From NCBI GenBank assembly GCA_050633245.1, contig JBOEGD010000024.1, forward strand, positions 128,001-192,000: a DNA stretch of 64,000 bases, read 5' to 3'. Below are positions 10,652 through 19,774 of the stretch, one piece after another; within the stretch, counting starts at the first letter, position 1, and each line of letters starts with the position of its first letter. This DNA is from Calditrichia bacterium. Its GTDB lineage: Bacteria; Calditrichota; Calditrichia; RBG-13-44-9; J075. The notes below the pieces were generated by a model. That model worked only from the letters and a program-made list of their open reading frames with translations, was not told the origin of the DNA and did no database searches. The position numbers were made by a program, and so were the translations under genes.

Positions 10652-11998
10652 ATGAGAAGGTTGTTACAAACTATTTGCCTTGTGCTGGTGCTTGTTCCCA
10701 TGATGCTTCAGGCTGCACCGCCCAACGAAAACATTAAAATGTTTTTAGATTATGCTCGCTTTCGCTATGACGAAAACGATACCTACCTGGAAATGTATTA
10801 TATGTTGTACTACCAGGATCGCGCCGCCGCAACCGAAATGGAAGATGTGTGGTTGGGATTCTACTTCACCGATACCGAAGCCGATACCTTACTGTCGAGT
10901 AAAATGATGAAAGTCAATATGGCGGGATCGCCTCTATCCGGAAAGGTAGGACTTATTAAAACGCATATCCCTCCTGGTAGCTATCGAATTAAGATGATGA
11001 AATTTGATGATACCGGAAAGGTTGCTGTCGATTCGGTACTATATGATTTTGCCGCTTCGCCCTTTAAGAGTGAGCGCGTAACGATGAGTGACCTCGAACT
11101 CTGCTCAAACGTGATTGCTAAATCGAAGAACAGTAAGAGCACGTTTTATAAAAACACGATGGAAGTTATACCGAACCCGAGCAAAATCTTTGGCATCAAC
11201 AACCCTTTTGTCAATTACTATATCGAGCTGTACAATATTACTCCTTCCGAATCTCAACCGGAGCTCGGAATTCAAGTTGCCGTGCAGGATAATGATGGAA
11301 AAATCTTTCAACAAAAAAGTTATAGTATGAGCCGTAAGTATGAATCCCGCGTAGAACAAGGTGCTTTTGATATTCGCGGTCTCGAAAGCGGATGGTACAA
11401 TATTTTATATGCTGTTGTTGATTCCGCTGCGGAATACTCGGTCTTTAAGTTTAACAAGTTTTATGTGCTCAGCGAAAACAAAAGCGATCTCCTTGGCCAA
11501 CCACTCGTCTCCTTCGAAAAGAGCCAATACTTTGGTATGCCTTTGGAAGAGGTTGAAGAAAAATTTGAGCAGGTACGATACATTGCGACCAAGGATGAAG
11601 TTGTTGTTTACAAAACGCTAAGTACTGTAGACGAGAAGCGTAAATACGTTTACGACTTTTGGAATCGTCGGGAAAAGTCTTCCCCTGGTTTACAGGCAGA
11701 ATACTATGGTCGAGTCAAGGAAGCCAATCAACAATTTAGTTTTAGCGGCCTTCGCGGCTGGAAAAGCGATATGGGACGTGTTCATATTGTATACGGACCA
11801 CCCAGTCAGCGTGAACGCATACCCAGTGATATGCGAACCAGACCCTACGAGATTTGGTATTACTATGAGATGGAAGGTGGAACCCAGTTTGTTTTTGTAG
11901 ATGTAAACGGATATGATGACTATCGTCTTGTGACTTCTACGGTCCGCGATGAAATTTATGACCCGAACTGGAAAGAAAACTATCTACTTGTAGACTAA
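10652..11998 (+). CDS. GWxTD domain-containing protein
   Basis: Signal peptide; C-terminal FWNRR...EYYGRVKEANQQF...GWKSDMGRVHIVYGPP...YEIWYY. Confidence 0.9.
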   Translation: MRRLLQTICLVLVLVPMMLQAAPPNENIKMFLDYARFRYDENDTYLEMYYMLYYQDRAAATEMEDVWLGFYFTDTEADTLLSSKMMKVNMAGSPLSGKVGLIKTHIPPGSYRIKMMKFDDTGKVAVDSVLYDFAASPFKSERVTMSDLELCSNVIAKSKNSKSTFYKNTMEVIPNPSKIFGINNPFVNYYIELYNITPSESQPELGIQVAVQDNDGKIFQQKSYSMSRKYESRVEQGAFDIRGLESGWYNILYAVVDSAAEYSVFKFNKFYVLSENKSDLLGQPLVSFEKSQYFGMPLEEVEEKFEQVRYIATKDEVVVYKTLSTVDEKRKYVYDFWNRREKSSPGLQAEYYGRVKEANQQFSFSGLRGWKSDMGRVHIVYGPPSQRERIPSDMRTRPYEIWYYYEMEGGTQFVFVDVNGYDDYRLVTSTVRDEIYDPNWKENYLLVD

Positions 11999-12008
11999 CG
12001 AATACTTT

Positions 12009-12041
12009 AGCCGCAGTGTATTTTGCTCTGCGGCTTTTTTT
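12009..12041 (+). terminator. Rho-independent terminator
   Basis: AGCCGCAG/CTGCGGCT stem plus T tract directly after the GWxTD gene. Confidence 0.8.
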
Positions 12042-12334
12042 AGATCTGGTGCCTCCATATCATAGAGACCTACAGCCTACCTTTAATCTCTACGATCTTC
12101 CTCAAATAGCTAATTCTAAACCTGCAAAATAGAACCCAAGTAGTGCCGTTGTCAGCTATTTTCGGCAATCTGCGTTCATTTTCCCGTCTATTCTTAAGTT
12201 TTTTAGAAAAAATCTGCAAAAATCCAACTGGATCGAAACCTTTTTTTTTTGTATCGTTAAAATAATATGAACTTAATGCCGTTGGTAGTAAGCATACCTG
12301 GCATAGCCACATTGGTTAAACATAGGAAGATAAA

Positions 12335-14356
12335 ATGACATACCGCCTTGTTTTGCTTTTAATCGGTATCTTTTTAATAAATATCGCGGTCGCAGATGAG
12401 ACCGAGATTCCGGATATTGCGTACTCAGATTTAGCCCCCGAGTTACACCACCGGAAGGTAAGCCGTGAGGTTACAAAACTTCTTACCCGTGCCCATTATA
12501 AAAAGCGTCGTCTTGACGACAAGATTTCTTCGGAAACATTCGATCGCTTTCTTGAAAAACTAGACTATTATCGCCTTTATTTTCACGAGTCCGACGTAGC
12601 AGCTTTTGAAGAGCAGCGTTATTCATTCGATAACTATCTCGGCTCCGGTCAGGTAGAACGCGCATATGAAATCTTTAACCTCTATCAAAAACGCTATGCC
12701 GAACGTTTAGACTATGTCTTTCGTCGCTTGGAGGTCGAGTTTGATTACAATATTGATGAGAGCCTTGAAGTAGATCGATCGGATGCGCCATGGGCAAAAA
12801 ATAGTGTTGAGTTAGATGATGTCTGGCGCAAGCGCTTAAAGCATGCTGCGCTAAATCTAAAGCTGGCGGGTAAAGAGTGGCCGGATATCCAAAAGACGCT
12901 GCGCACTCGCTATATTCGCGCTACGAAAAACCTGCAGCAATATCAAAGTGAAGATGTATTTCAGACGCTTATGAATGCATTCTCAGAGTCGTTTGATCCA
13001 CATACAAACTATTTTTCACCAAAAAACTTTGATGACTTTAAGATTCGTATGAGCCAATCTCTGGAAGGTATTGGTGCCAGATTGTTAAGTGAAAACGAAT
13101 ACACCAAGGTTGTTGAAATTGTTGCCGGTGGTCCTGCAGATAAGAGTGAAGATTTGCATCCAAATGATCGCATTATGGCAGTTGGACAGAATGTCGATGG
13201 CGAACTGGTAGATATTGTTGGCTGGAGAATAGACGATGTTGTACAGCTGATTCGTGGAAAAAAGACAACGATTGTAAGGCTGGTTGTTTTGCGAGCCGAC
13301 GACCCCGATGGCAGTGCACCCGATACAGTCTCGCTGGTTCGCGATCGTGTAAAGCTTGAGGATCAGTCGGTAACCAGTAAGGTGATTGAACTTGAGCATC
13401 TTGGAAAAGTTTTGAAGATTGGTGTGGTGGAAGTTCCGACATTTTATTCCGACTTCGATGCTATTCGTCGTCGTGAACCAGATTATAAGAGCACCACGCG
13501 TGACACCAAGCGCGCCATCGAGGCCTTTAAAAAGGAAAACATCGATGGTGTAGTCATCGACTTACGGCGCAATGGAGGTGGATTCCTGAACGAAGCCGTT
13601 GATCTTACCGGCCTTTTTATTGATCGCGGTCCGGTTGTTCAGGTGAAGAGTACTCAGGGAACGGTCGACGTTGAAAGCGATCGTGATCCCAGCGTTACCT
13701 GGGATGGCCCGCTAGCTGTCATGATCGATCGTCTTAGCGCTTCAGCATCTGAAATTTTTGCAGCAGCTATTCAAGATTACAATCGCGGTTTGATTGTTGG
13801 TAGCCAATCTTTTGGCAAAGGAACAGTTCAGCGCCCGGTAGACCTAAACCGTTTGATGCCAGATTCCGGGAACAAGCTCGGCCAGGTTAAGATGACTATC
13901 GCCAAGTTTTATCGAGTAAACGGTAACAGTACCCAACACATTGGCGTTATGCCCGACATTTCGTTGCCGACAAATCTGGATCCGCAGGAATTTGGTGAGA
14001 GTACTCGTGAGAACGCTCTACTTTACGATAAAATTGACGCGCTACAGTACGCTAAAAATGGTTCGATGGGTGCATTAATAAACCGTCTGGATGAGCAACA
14101 CAATCAGCGAATAGCCAACGATCAGGAATTCAATGAAATGATCGCAGACCTTCAGGAGTTTCGCGACAGTCGTAGTCGCAAGTTGTTGTCTTTGCAAGAG
14201 TCTGTTCGCAAGGCGGAACGACAGAAGGAAAAAGAGGAAGCTGAGGCCGAGAAATCGGAGGAAGATGATGATAAAGATCTTCTCCTAACAGAGACGGCGC
14301 ATATTATCGGAGATTTTATTCTTCTCGAAAAAGAAGGGCTTCAGTCACAAAAGTAG
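12335..14356 (+). CDS. prc: Carboxy-terminal processing (tail-specific) protease, S41 family, with PDZ domain
   Basis: DPHTNYFSP, SLEGIGA, DLRRNGGG, SASASEIFA (catalytic Ser), FGKGTVQ (catalytic Lys), STQHIGVMPD. Confidence 0.93.
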   Translation: MTYRLVLLLIGIFLINIAVADETEIPDIAYSDLAPELHHRKVSREVTKLLTRAHYKKRRLDDKISSETFDRFLEKLDYYRLYFHESDVAAFEEQRYSFDNYLGSGQVERAYEIFNLYQKRYAERLDYVFRRLEVEFDYNIDESLEVDRSDAPWAKNSVELDDVWRKRLKHAALNLKLAGKEWPDIQKTLRTRYIRATKNLQQYQSEDVFQTLMNAFSESFDPHTNYFSPKNFDDFKIRMSQSLEGIGARLLSENEYTKVVEIVAGGPADKSEDLHPNDRIMAVGQNVDGELVDIVGWRIDDVVQLIRGKKTTIVRLVVLRADDPDGSAPDTVSLVRDRVKLEDQSVTSKVIELEHLGKVLKIGVVEVPTFYSDFDAIRRREPDYKSTTRDTKRAIEAFKKENIDGVVIDLRRNGGGFLNEAVDLTGLFIDRGPVVQVKSTQGTVDVESDRDPSVTWDGPLAVMIDRLSASASEIFAAAIQDYNRGLIVGSQSFGKGTVQRPVDLNRLMPDSGNKLGQVKMTIAKFYRVNGNSTQHIGVMPDISLPTNLDPQEFGESTRENALLYDKIDALQYAKNGSMGALINRLDEQHNQRIANDQEFNEMIADLQEFRDSRSRKLLSLQESVRKAERQKEKEEAEAEKSEEDDDKDLLLTETAHIIGDFILLEKEGLQSQK

Positions 14357-14372
14357 TCTATAGGCTGTAAAT

Positions 14373-14430
14373 AAAATCTCCGCTGTATAAAGGTGCTTTT
14401 TTTGAAAACCCTTTATGCAGCGTAGATTTT
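14373..14430. terminator. Probable bidirectional terminator between convergent genes
   Basis: Imperfect long stem AAAATCTCCGCTGTATAAA / TTTATGCAGCGTAGATTTT. Confidence 0.6.
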
Positions 14431-14450
14431 AATTTATAGATGCCAGCCTT

Positions 14451-14882
14451 TTAGCGGTTGGAAAATTGCTTCAGTTTTTGAACCAGTCTTGTTATAAGTT
14501 GCTTAAACAGCCCTTTAGATACATTCTTCTCTTCTGTTAAAGCCCATTCGGGTGCATTTCCCTGAAATGATTGCTTAATAGCGCGTTCAGTAAGAGCCTC
14601 TGCGGACGTTGTTTTAAGTTTATCCAACTGGTATTGTTGTTCTGCCGTGGCAGGCTTTATTAAGGCGGCTTCGAGATTTATGCCGTCGCTGACCAATTGT
14701 TGGATGCGCTGATCTTTTTTTATTAGATCTAAAACAATACTATCTTCTTCCGGGGTAGTTTCCCAGGATAAGTAGCGTGCAACAAGATTTATGGTGTTTG
14801 GTGAGAGGGGGGCTTGTGGAGGTTGAGGATTGGGCTCGGTTATGCGTCCTGGTTGATTGGAATCGGGATGCTTGTGCTGCAT
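14451..14882 (-). CDS. Hypothetical protein, possible anti-sigma-like partner
   Basis: GAGGAG RBS on the minus strand; lies downstream of an ECF sigma gene; LVARYLSWETTPEE resembles anti-sigma N-terminal helices but lacks HxxxCxxC. Confidence 0.5.
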   Translation of the reverse strand: MQHKHPDSNQPGRITEPNPQPPQAPLSPNTINLVARYLSWETTPEEDSIVLDLIKKDQRIQQLVSDGINLEAALIKPATAEQQYQLDKLKTTSAEALTERAIKQSFQGNAPEWALTEEKNVSKGLFKQLITRLVQKLKQFSNR

Positions 14883-15048
14883 ATATGCTCCTCTGAAAAT
14901 AATCGTATGTTTGCATTGTCATCTTTTTGTACCTCGCTTAAACCAATTTCCAAACTCAATTTATGGCAATTCTGCTTATTACAATTGACTGCTGTTAAGA
15001 TCTTTTTATGATCTCTTCTTATACAGAGACTTAAAAGAGGTGAGTTTC

Positions 15049-15729
15049 TTATTCGTTTGCTTCTTTTTCTTGATTTAAACAATCTTGAATGGCATTACTT
15101 GCATCGGTAATTATTCGATATATGCTCTGAAAACTTAGGTCTACATTCGGATGTTTTGCAATTTCTTCAGCATCCATGTCGTTAAAGAACTTCAGTTGAA
15201 GAATTAATGCGTTGCGCTGACGATTTTTCTGTAGCGTACGTAAGTACTGAACAATGCAATGTTTGATGTCCATCTTCAGCATAACGGATTCGATGCTGAT
15301 TAATGCTTCCCGATTCTCGATGACTTCATGCAAATTCAGCATCTCACCGCCGCTGCGCTTTGGCTGATCCATTAACGTGACTTTGTTTTTTGGAATTCGC
15401 TTCTGAGCATCACCATAGCGTAAGCTGCTACTTAATACGCTAAGGGCAATAGTCTTTAGATAAGGCAAAAAGGAATTCTCGTACTGTCCCCGGTAGTCGC
15501 GTAAATATTTCGCATCACGCTCAAGCAGTTTGGTAAATGTCGTTTGCACGAAGTCTGGAATTTGCGGGTAGTCTTCCTGATTGCAGCGCTTAACAAACAG
15601 GTTTTCGACCATTCGCTTATGACGTCGAATGAGTTCTGTAAAGAACAGGTTAAATTGGCGTTCCTGATTGCCATAGCAGGTCAGGAGGCGTGTGATTAAC
15701 TCATTTGTTGACAGTTCTGTTGGGTTCAT
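15049..15729 (-). CDS. Divergent ECF sigma-70 factor
   Basis: Region 2-like FTELIRRH...DFVQTTFTKL...SFLPYLKTIA; region 4-like ILQLKFFNDMDAEEIA...SIYRII. Confidence 0.75.
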   Translation of the reverse strand: MNPTELSTNELITRLLTCYGNQERQFNLFFTELIRRHKRMVENLFVKRCNQEDYPQIPDFVQTTFTKLLERDAKYLRDYRGQYENSFLPYLKTIALSVLSSSLRYGDAQKRIPKNKVTLMDQPKRSGGEMLNLHEVIENREALISIESVMLKMDIKHCIVQYLRTLQKNRQRNALILQLKFFNDMDAEEIAKHPNVDLSFQSIYRIITDASNAIQDCLNQEKEANE

Positions 15730-16022
15730 TCTGAGGGCCTGCGATCAGGCAAACGTAATAGGTGCGTGAACCGACCGTGTAACATCTTGAATATGGTTTA
15801 AGAGAATACGGTCGATAGTTTTTAGTAATATCAAACGACGGCATTGATGATATATAGAACAAAATGTAAGGCGTTTTCCGAGAATAAGCAAGGTTACAGA
15901 ACTTCTTCATACTTAGTTACTTAACTTTGAGAAGTGAATTCTGTGTAACATTATCAGCTGGAGATCGTAATTTATACAAAGGCGTCCGTGAGACAGGCGC
16001 TCAAATTCTATATGTGAGGATA

Positions 16023-17825
16023 ATGATGAGACAAACGTTTCTTACACTGCTATGCTGTGTTTTACTGCTTCCCGCCACACTATCTGCAAAATCCTATGAA
16101 ATAACCAATGTGCAAATTGACGCACAACTGACCCGTAAGGGAAATATGAAGGTACAGGAGCATCGCACCTTTAACTTTAACGGCCAGTTTAGCTATAGCT
16201 TTCGTAGCTTTCCGAAGGATAGAGTGAACTATACCGAGATTCGCGTAAGCGAGAACGGAGTTGACTTTGTTGAATCGAGCGGTGGTTCACCAAATACCTA
16301 TGAGCTTATCGATCGTGGTCGCCGAATGGAAGTGCGGTGGTACTATGATGCTAATGATGAAGAACGCACCTTTACTATTTCCTACAACGTTCGAAAGCTC
16401 GTGGAAAGAGGAAAGGATGCAGCAGTTCTCTATTACAAGTTCATTGGAAATGATTGGACTGAGCCGCAACAGCATGTCGTTATTTCACTGTCACCACCGG
16501 GGGATCTTGCTAAAGAAGACATCAACGCCTGGCTTCATGGCCCGCTCTGGGGTGAATACCGCATTGAAAAAAATGGTGTTATTAGCGCATGGTGCGATAA
16601 CTATCCGGCCAGGACATTCTTTGAAATTCGTGCTCTTTATCCGCTTGAGAGCTTTCCGAATGCCAGGGAAAATCCACGTTTGGTGCGTAGTCAGATCATG
16701 AATGATGAAGGCGTTTGGGTCGAGCAGGCCAATCAACGTCGTTTAGCAGCAATAGAATCTGAGGAAAATAAAAAGGCGCGGTGGAGATATGGTCTTCCCG
16801 TTGCTCTGATTATCAGTTTTCTCGGAATGGGAGGGCTTTACGGCCTCTATAATCGCTATGGTCGTCGTCCGGTTTTGCCGGAAAGGAAGCCTGAATTTCT
16901 CAGCTCGGCACCTTCCAGTGAACCACCAGCGCTCATCGCGTATCTTCTCGGTAATGAAATGATTTCCGGTACTGCGCTGGTATCAACACTCTTTGATCTT
17001 GCAAATCAAGGCTATCTTGAGATGCATGAGGGTATGAAAACAAAACCAAAGTTTTGGGGTGGAACGAAAGAAGTAAAGACCTATTCCTGGAAGCTGGACC
17101 GTTCCAAGTATCGAGAAGAGCCACCCAAATACGAGTTTGAACGCAGCGCGATTGACTTTCTATTCAGCGATATCTCCGGCGGTAGCGATGAACTGGAAGT
17201 CGATGATCTGAAATCGAAACGCAGTGAGATGATCAAGTTTTTTTCCAAATGGAAAGAGGAGGTTATGAATGAGGGACGTAGACTCGAATGGGTGAACCAG
17301 GAGAGCAAGAAGGGACTGTATTACGGACTTGCATTAGTTGGCCTTTTATCTATTCCCGTAATCGTGGGGATCATCTTCCTGGGACCGTGGGTGATACTTG
17401 CTGCCGGAGTTCTTGTCGTGCTTTTAATATTAGCTTTGTTTATTCCGCATAATACGATTGATGGAATGGTTTTGAAGAATCGTTGGAAAGCGTTTAGCAA
17501 GTATTTGAAAAAAGGACGTTTTAAAGGTGCCGGAGAACCGCGATCTGAGCTTGGCAAATACTTCGTATATGGCTCGGTGCTTGGGTTGACAGAAGACAAT
17601 TTCAAGGAAATTGTGCAGCATTTCTCTGCTGATCACGTGCAGCGGCATGTGCTGTGGTATCACTATTATGATGATGTCGGCTTTTCAGGCGAAGCTTTTA
17701 GCGCTGGCTTTTCTACGATGGTAGCTACGGCATCTTCTTCAATGAGCACGGCAACCGGAAGCGGTGGTGGTGCTTCCGGAGGAGGTGGTGGTGGCGCCGG
17801 TGGTGGCGGTGGTGGTGCCGGCTAG
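16023..17825 (+). CDS. DUF2207-family membrane protein
   Basis: KSYEITNVQIDAQL, LYYKFIG, AWLHGP, TLFDLANQGYL, RWKAFSKYL, and Gly-rich C-terminus GSGGGASGGGGGGAGGGGGGAG. Start chosen from a GAGG RBS. Confidence 0.88.
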   Translation: MMRQTFLTLLCCVLLLPATLSAKSYEITNVQIDAQLTRKGNMKVQEHRTFNFNGQFSYSFRSFPKDRVNYTEIRVSENGVDFVESSGGSPNTYELIDRGRRMEVRWYYDANDEERTFTISYNVRKLVERGKDAAVLYYKFIGNDWTEPQQHVVISLSPPGDLAKEDINAWLHGPLWGEYRIEKNGVISAWCDNYPARTFFEIRALYPLESFPNARENPRLVRSQIMNDEGVWVEQANQRRLAAIESEENKKARWRYGLPVALIISFLGMGGLYGLYNRYGRRPVLPERKPEFLSSAPSSEPPALIAYLLGNEMISGTALVSTLFDLANQGYLEMHEGMKTKPKFWGGTKEVKTYSWKLDRSKYREEPPKYEFERSAIDFLFSDISGGSDELEVDDLKSKRSEMIKFFSKWKEEVMNEGRRLEWVNQESKKGLYYGLALVGLLSIPVIVGIIFLGPWVILAAGVLVVLLILALFIPHNTIDGMVLKNRWKAFSKYLKKGRFKGAGEPRSELGKYFVYGSVLGLTEDNFKEIVQHFSADHVQRHVLWYHYYDDVGFSGEAFSAGFSTMVATASSSMSTATGSGGGASGGGGGGAGGGGGGAG

Positions 17826-18751
17826 AGCCCGGGATTATTAAAAATGAACAGCAAAGGGCGTTTATCGTTTTTGTCTACCAGTCGGCTGGTATTGTTGTTA
17901 TCTAAAATGATATAGATATAATCCTTATCAATAGCAAGGCCTTCAGCGTGGCCGTATTTCATGTTGGAGTAGTGATATCGCTCGTTTAATGCTACGTGAC
18001 GATAAGACCATGCATCTCCTTCATTGTAACCTGAATTCGTCGGCTCCATTTCGGAAATAAGGTAGGCATTGCGCTGAAGTGCGAATAGTCTGTTGTTATA
18101 ATAATACAGGCCGGCAAAGTCTACTGCGCCGGCTTTGTTAGATTTAAACTTGCTATAATCCATCTTTACAATTCGGCTGGAGGGTTCATCAAAGCTTAGA
18201 TTAACATCCAACAAACCTCGTGGCTGTCTCTCCATTGCCATTACAAATGTCGACTCTCCGGTTTTGGTAATACCTTCAAAATAGGCATTGTTTACACCGA
18301 AAAAGCCCTCCTCTTTACACATACCATAGTAGCTTGTGCTTGCCCAGCTGGCTTCCGATGTCTTTGCATTGACCTTTAAGATTTGGAATTGGTCTTCGCA
18401 CATCAAATAAAAATTGTCTGCATCATGAGTAATGCCTTCCAAATCGAGATCGTTTTCATGAGCCGGTGGGGTAAAGGTGAGATGCGGAACGACCGCTGCA
18501 TCCTTCTCACCCAGCTCAATTTTATAAAGAACGGTATCGCGTTTGTCTGAAACCGTATAAAGCACGCCGTTTTTTATCGTTAGACCAGACAGCTGTGCGT
18601 CTTCCAGGCCGTTTACGGACAATACTTTATGAAGAGTAAGCGTATCTACTTTAACAGCAGACATTGTTGGTTTCATTGAAATTGCCTTTTTATCCTTTTG
18701 GCAGGAAAATACTGTAATCAATAACAGAAAGAGGAGTGAAAGTGGTTTCAT
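17822..18751 (-). CDS. Lipoprotein, SdiA-regulated / phytase-like beta-propeller
   Basis: Lipobox VFSC; repeated LSGL, DLEGIT, FEGIT and AEGLA blade motifs. Confidence 0.7.
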   Translation of the reverse strand: MKPLSLLFLLLITVFSCQKDKKAISMKPTMSAVKVDTLTLHKVLSVNGLEDAQLSGLTIKNGVLYTVSDKRDTVLYKIELGEKDAAVVPHLTFTPPAHENDLDLEGITHDADNFYLMCEDQFQILKVNAKTSEASWASTSYYGMCKEEGFFGVNNAYFEGITKTGESTFVMAMERQPRGLLDVNLSFDEPSSRIVKMDYSKFKSNKAGAVDFAGLYYYNNRLFALQRNAYLISEMEPTNSGYNEGDAWSYRHVALNERYHYSNMKYGHAEGLAIDKDYIYIILDNNNTSRLVDKNDKRPLLFIFNNPGL

Positions 18752-18832
18752 TTGAAAAATGCCTTCGTATATCGTGAATCGAAATTATTAAGATCTGCCC
18801 GCTTATGTCTTAATATATCTTAAATTTCTAAA

Positions 18833-19588
18833 TTATTCAAAATCTTCTGAGCCGAGATAGTTCCGGAGGCTGTCTCCAAGACTATTCACCGTTTTTAAAA
18901 CCTCTGTCAGCTTCGGTTTGCAAAATGGATTGTAACGAAATACATCCAGTAGAATATGATAGTCGTTTCGCGTTGTTTCTTTTACGTCAAGCAGCTCGTC
19001 GAACGATCGCGTATTCATCTCGCTTGATGTAATATCCAATCGCTCCAGGAGAGCTCCAACGAGCAGGCTGAGAAACTGCGAATCGGCCAGGGTTTTATCA
19101 TGGTCTTCGGGAGATTTGCGGACGATGTTCATGCCAGTTGCTTTTAATGCGTCTTCAATTGCAACGAAGCGCTCGTCCGTAATTCGCAGTGGCCAGATAA
19201 CCAGGTTTAAGCCGGTCAGATTCCAGTTTGCCATGCGTAGCGATTCGGGCCCGAACAAAGGATGACTTGCTATCAGATCGACCGATTTTGGTAACAGGCG
19301 TTCCATTACGGTGGCGGGATAATACTTTGTTGTGCAGACATCAATAACGATGCTTCCCGGTTGTACCACTTCGGAAATTTGCTGCGTTACGTTTTCGAAC
19401 TTGGATAGCGGTACCGCGGGGATAACAACCTTGCACGTTTTGATAACATCCAGATCTCCAATCAGCTCAGAATCCGGTAGCTTATCCAGCATGATAATGT
19501 CAAACTGAGGTGCATAGCTATTGAGCAGCTGTTGCAGGCCACGGCCAAAATTCCCCTTTCCAACAATTGCTATTTTCTCTTTGGACAA
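18833..19588 (-). CDS. tyrA: Prephenate/arogenate dehydrogenase family protein
   Basis: Rossmann IAIVGKGNFG; DVCTTK; HPLFGP; PEDHD. Confidence 0.8.
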   Translation of the reverse strand: MSKEKIAIVGKGNFGRGLQQLLNSYAPQFDIIMLDKLPDSELIGDLDVIKTCKVVIPAVPLSKFENVTQQISEVVQPGSIVIDVCTTKYYPATVMERLLPKSVDLIASHPLFGPESLRMANWNLTGLNLVIWPLRITDERFVAIEDALKATGMNIVRKSPEDHDKTLADSQFLSLLVGALLERLDITSSEMNTRSFDELLDVKETTRNDYHILLDVFRYNPFCKPKLTEVLKTVNSLGDSLRNYLGSEDFE

Positions 19589-19774
19589 GCTGTTTCTCCC
19601 TGCGAGTTTAAATAAGCGTTAAACATAATCACACTTTCTGGTAAAGCAAAGTTCCGCTTCATAAACTGACGGGTTTTCTAAAAGAAAAAAAACGCGAAAC
19701 GTGATTATATCCGTCATTATATCTACATTTACGCTGTAGAATTTAGCATTAGCCACCATTCTTATTGAGGCATA

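Noticed and set aside
17755-17822. GGT/GGC low-complexity repeat
   Set aside because: It encodes the normal Gly-rich C-terminus of DUF2207 proteins.
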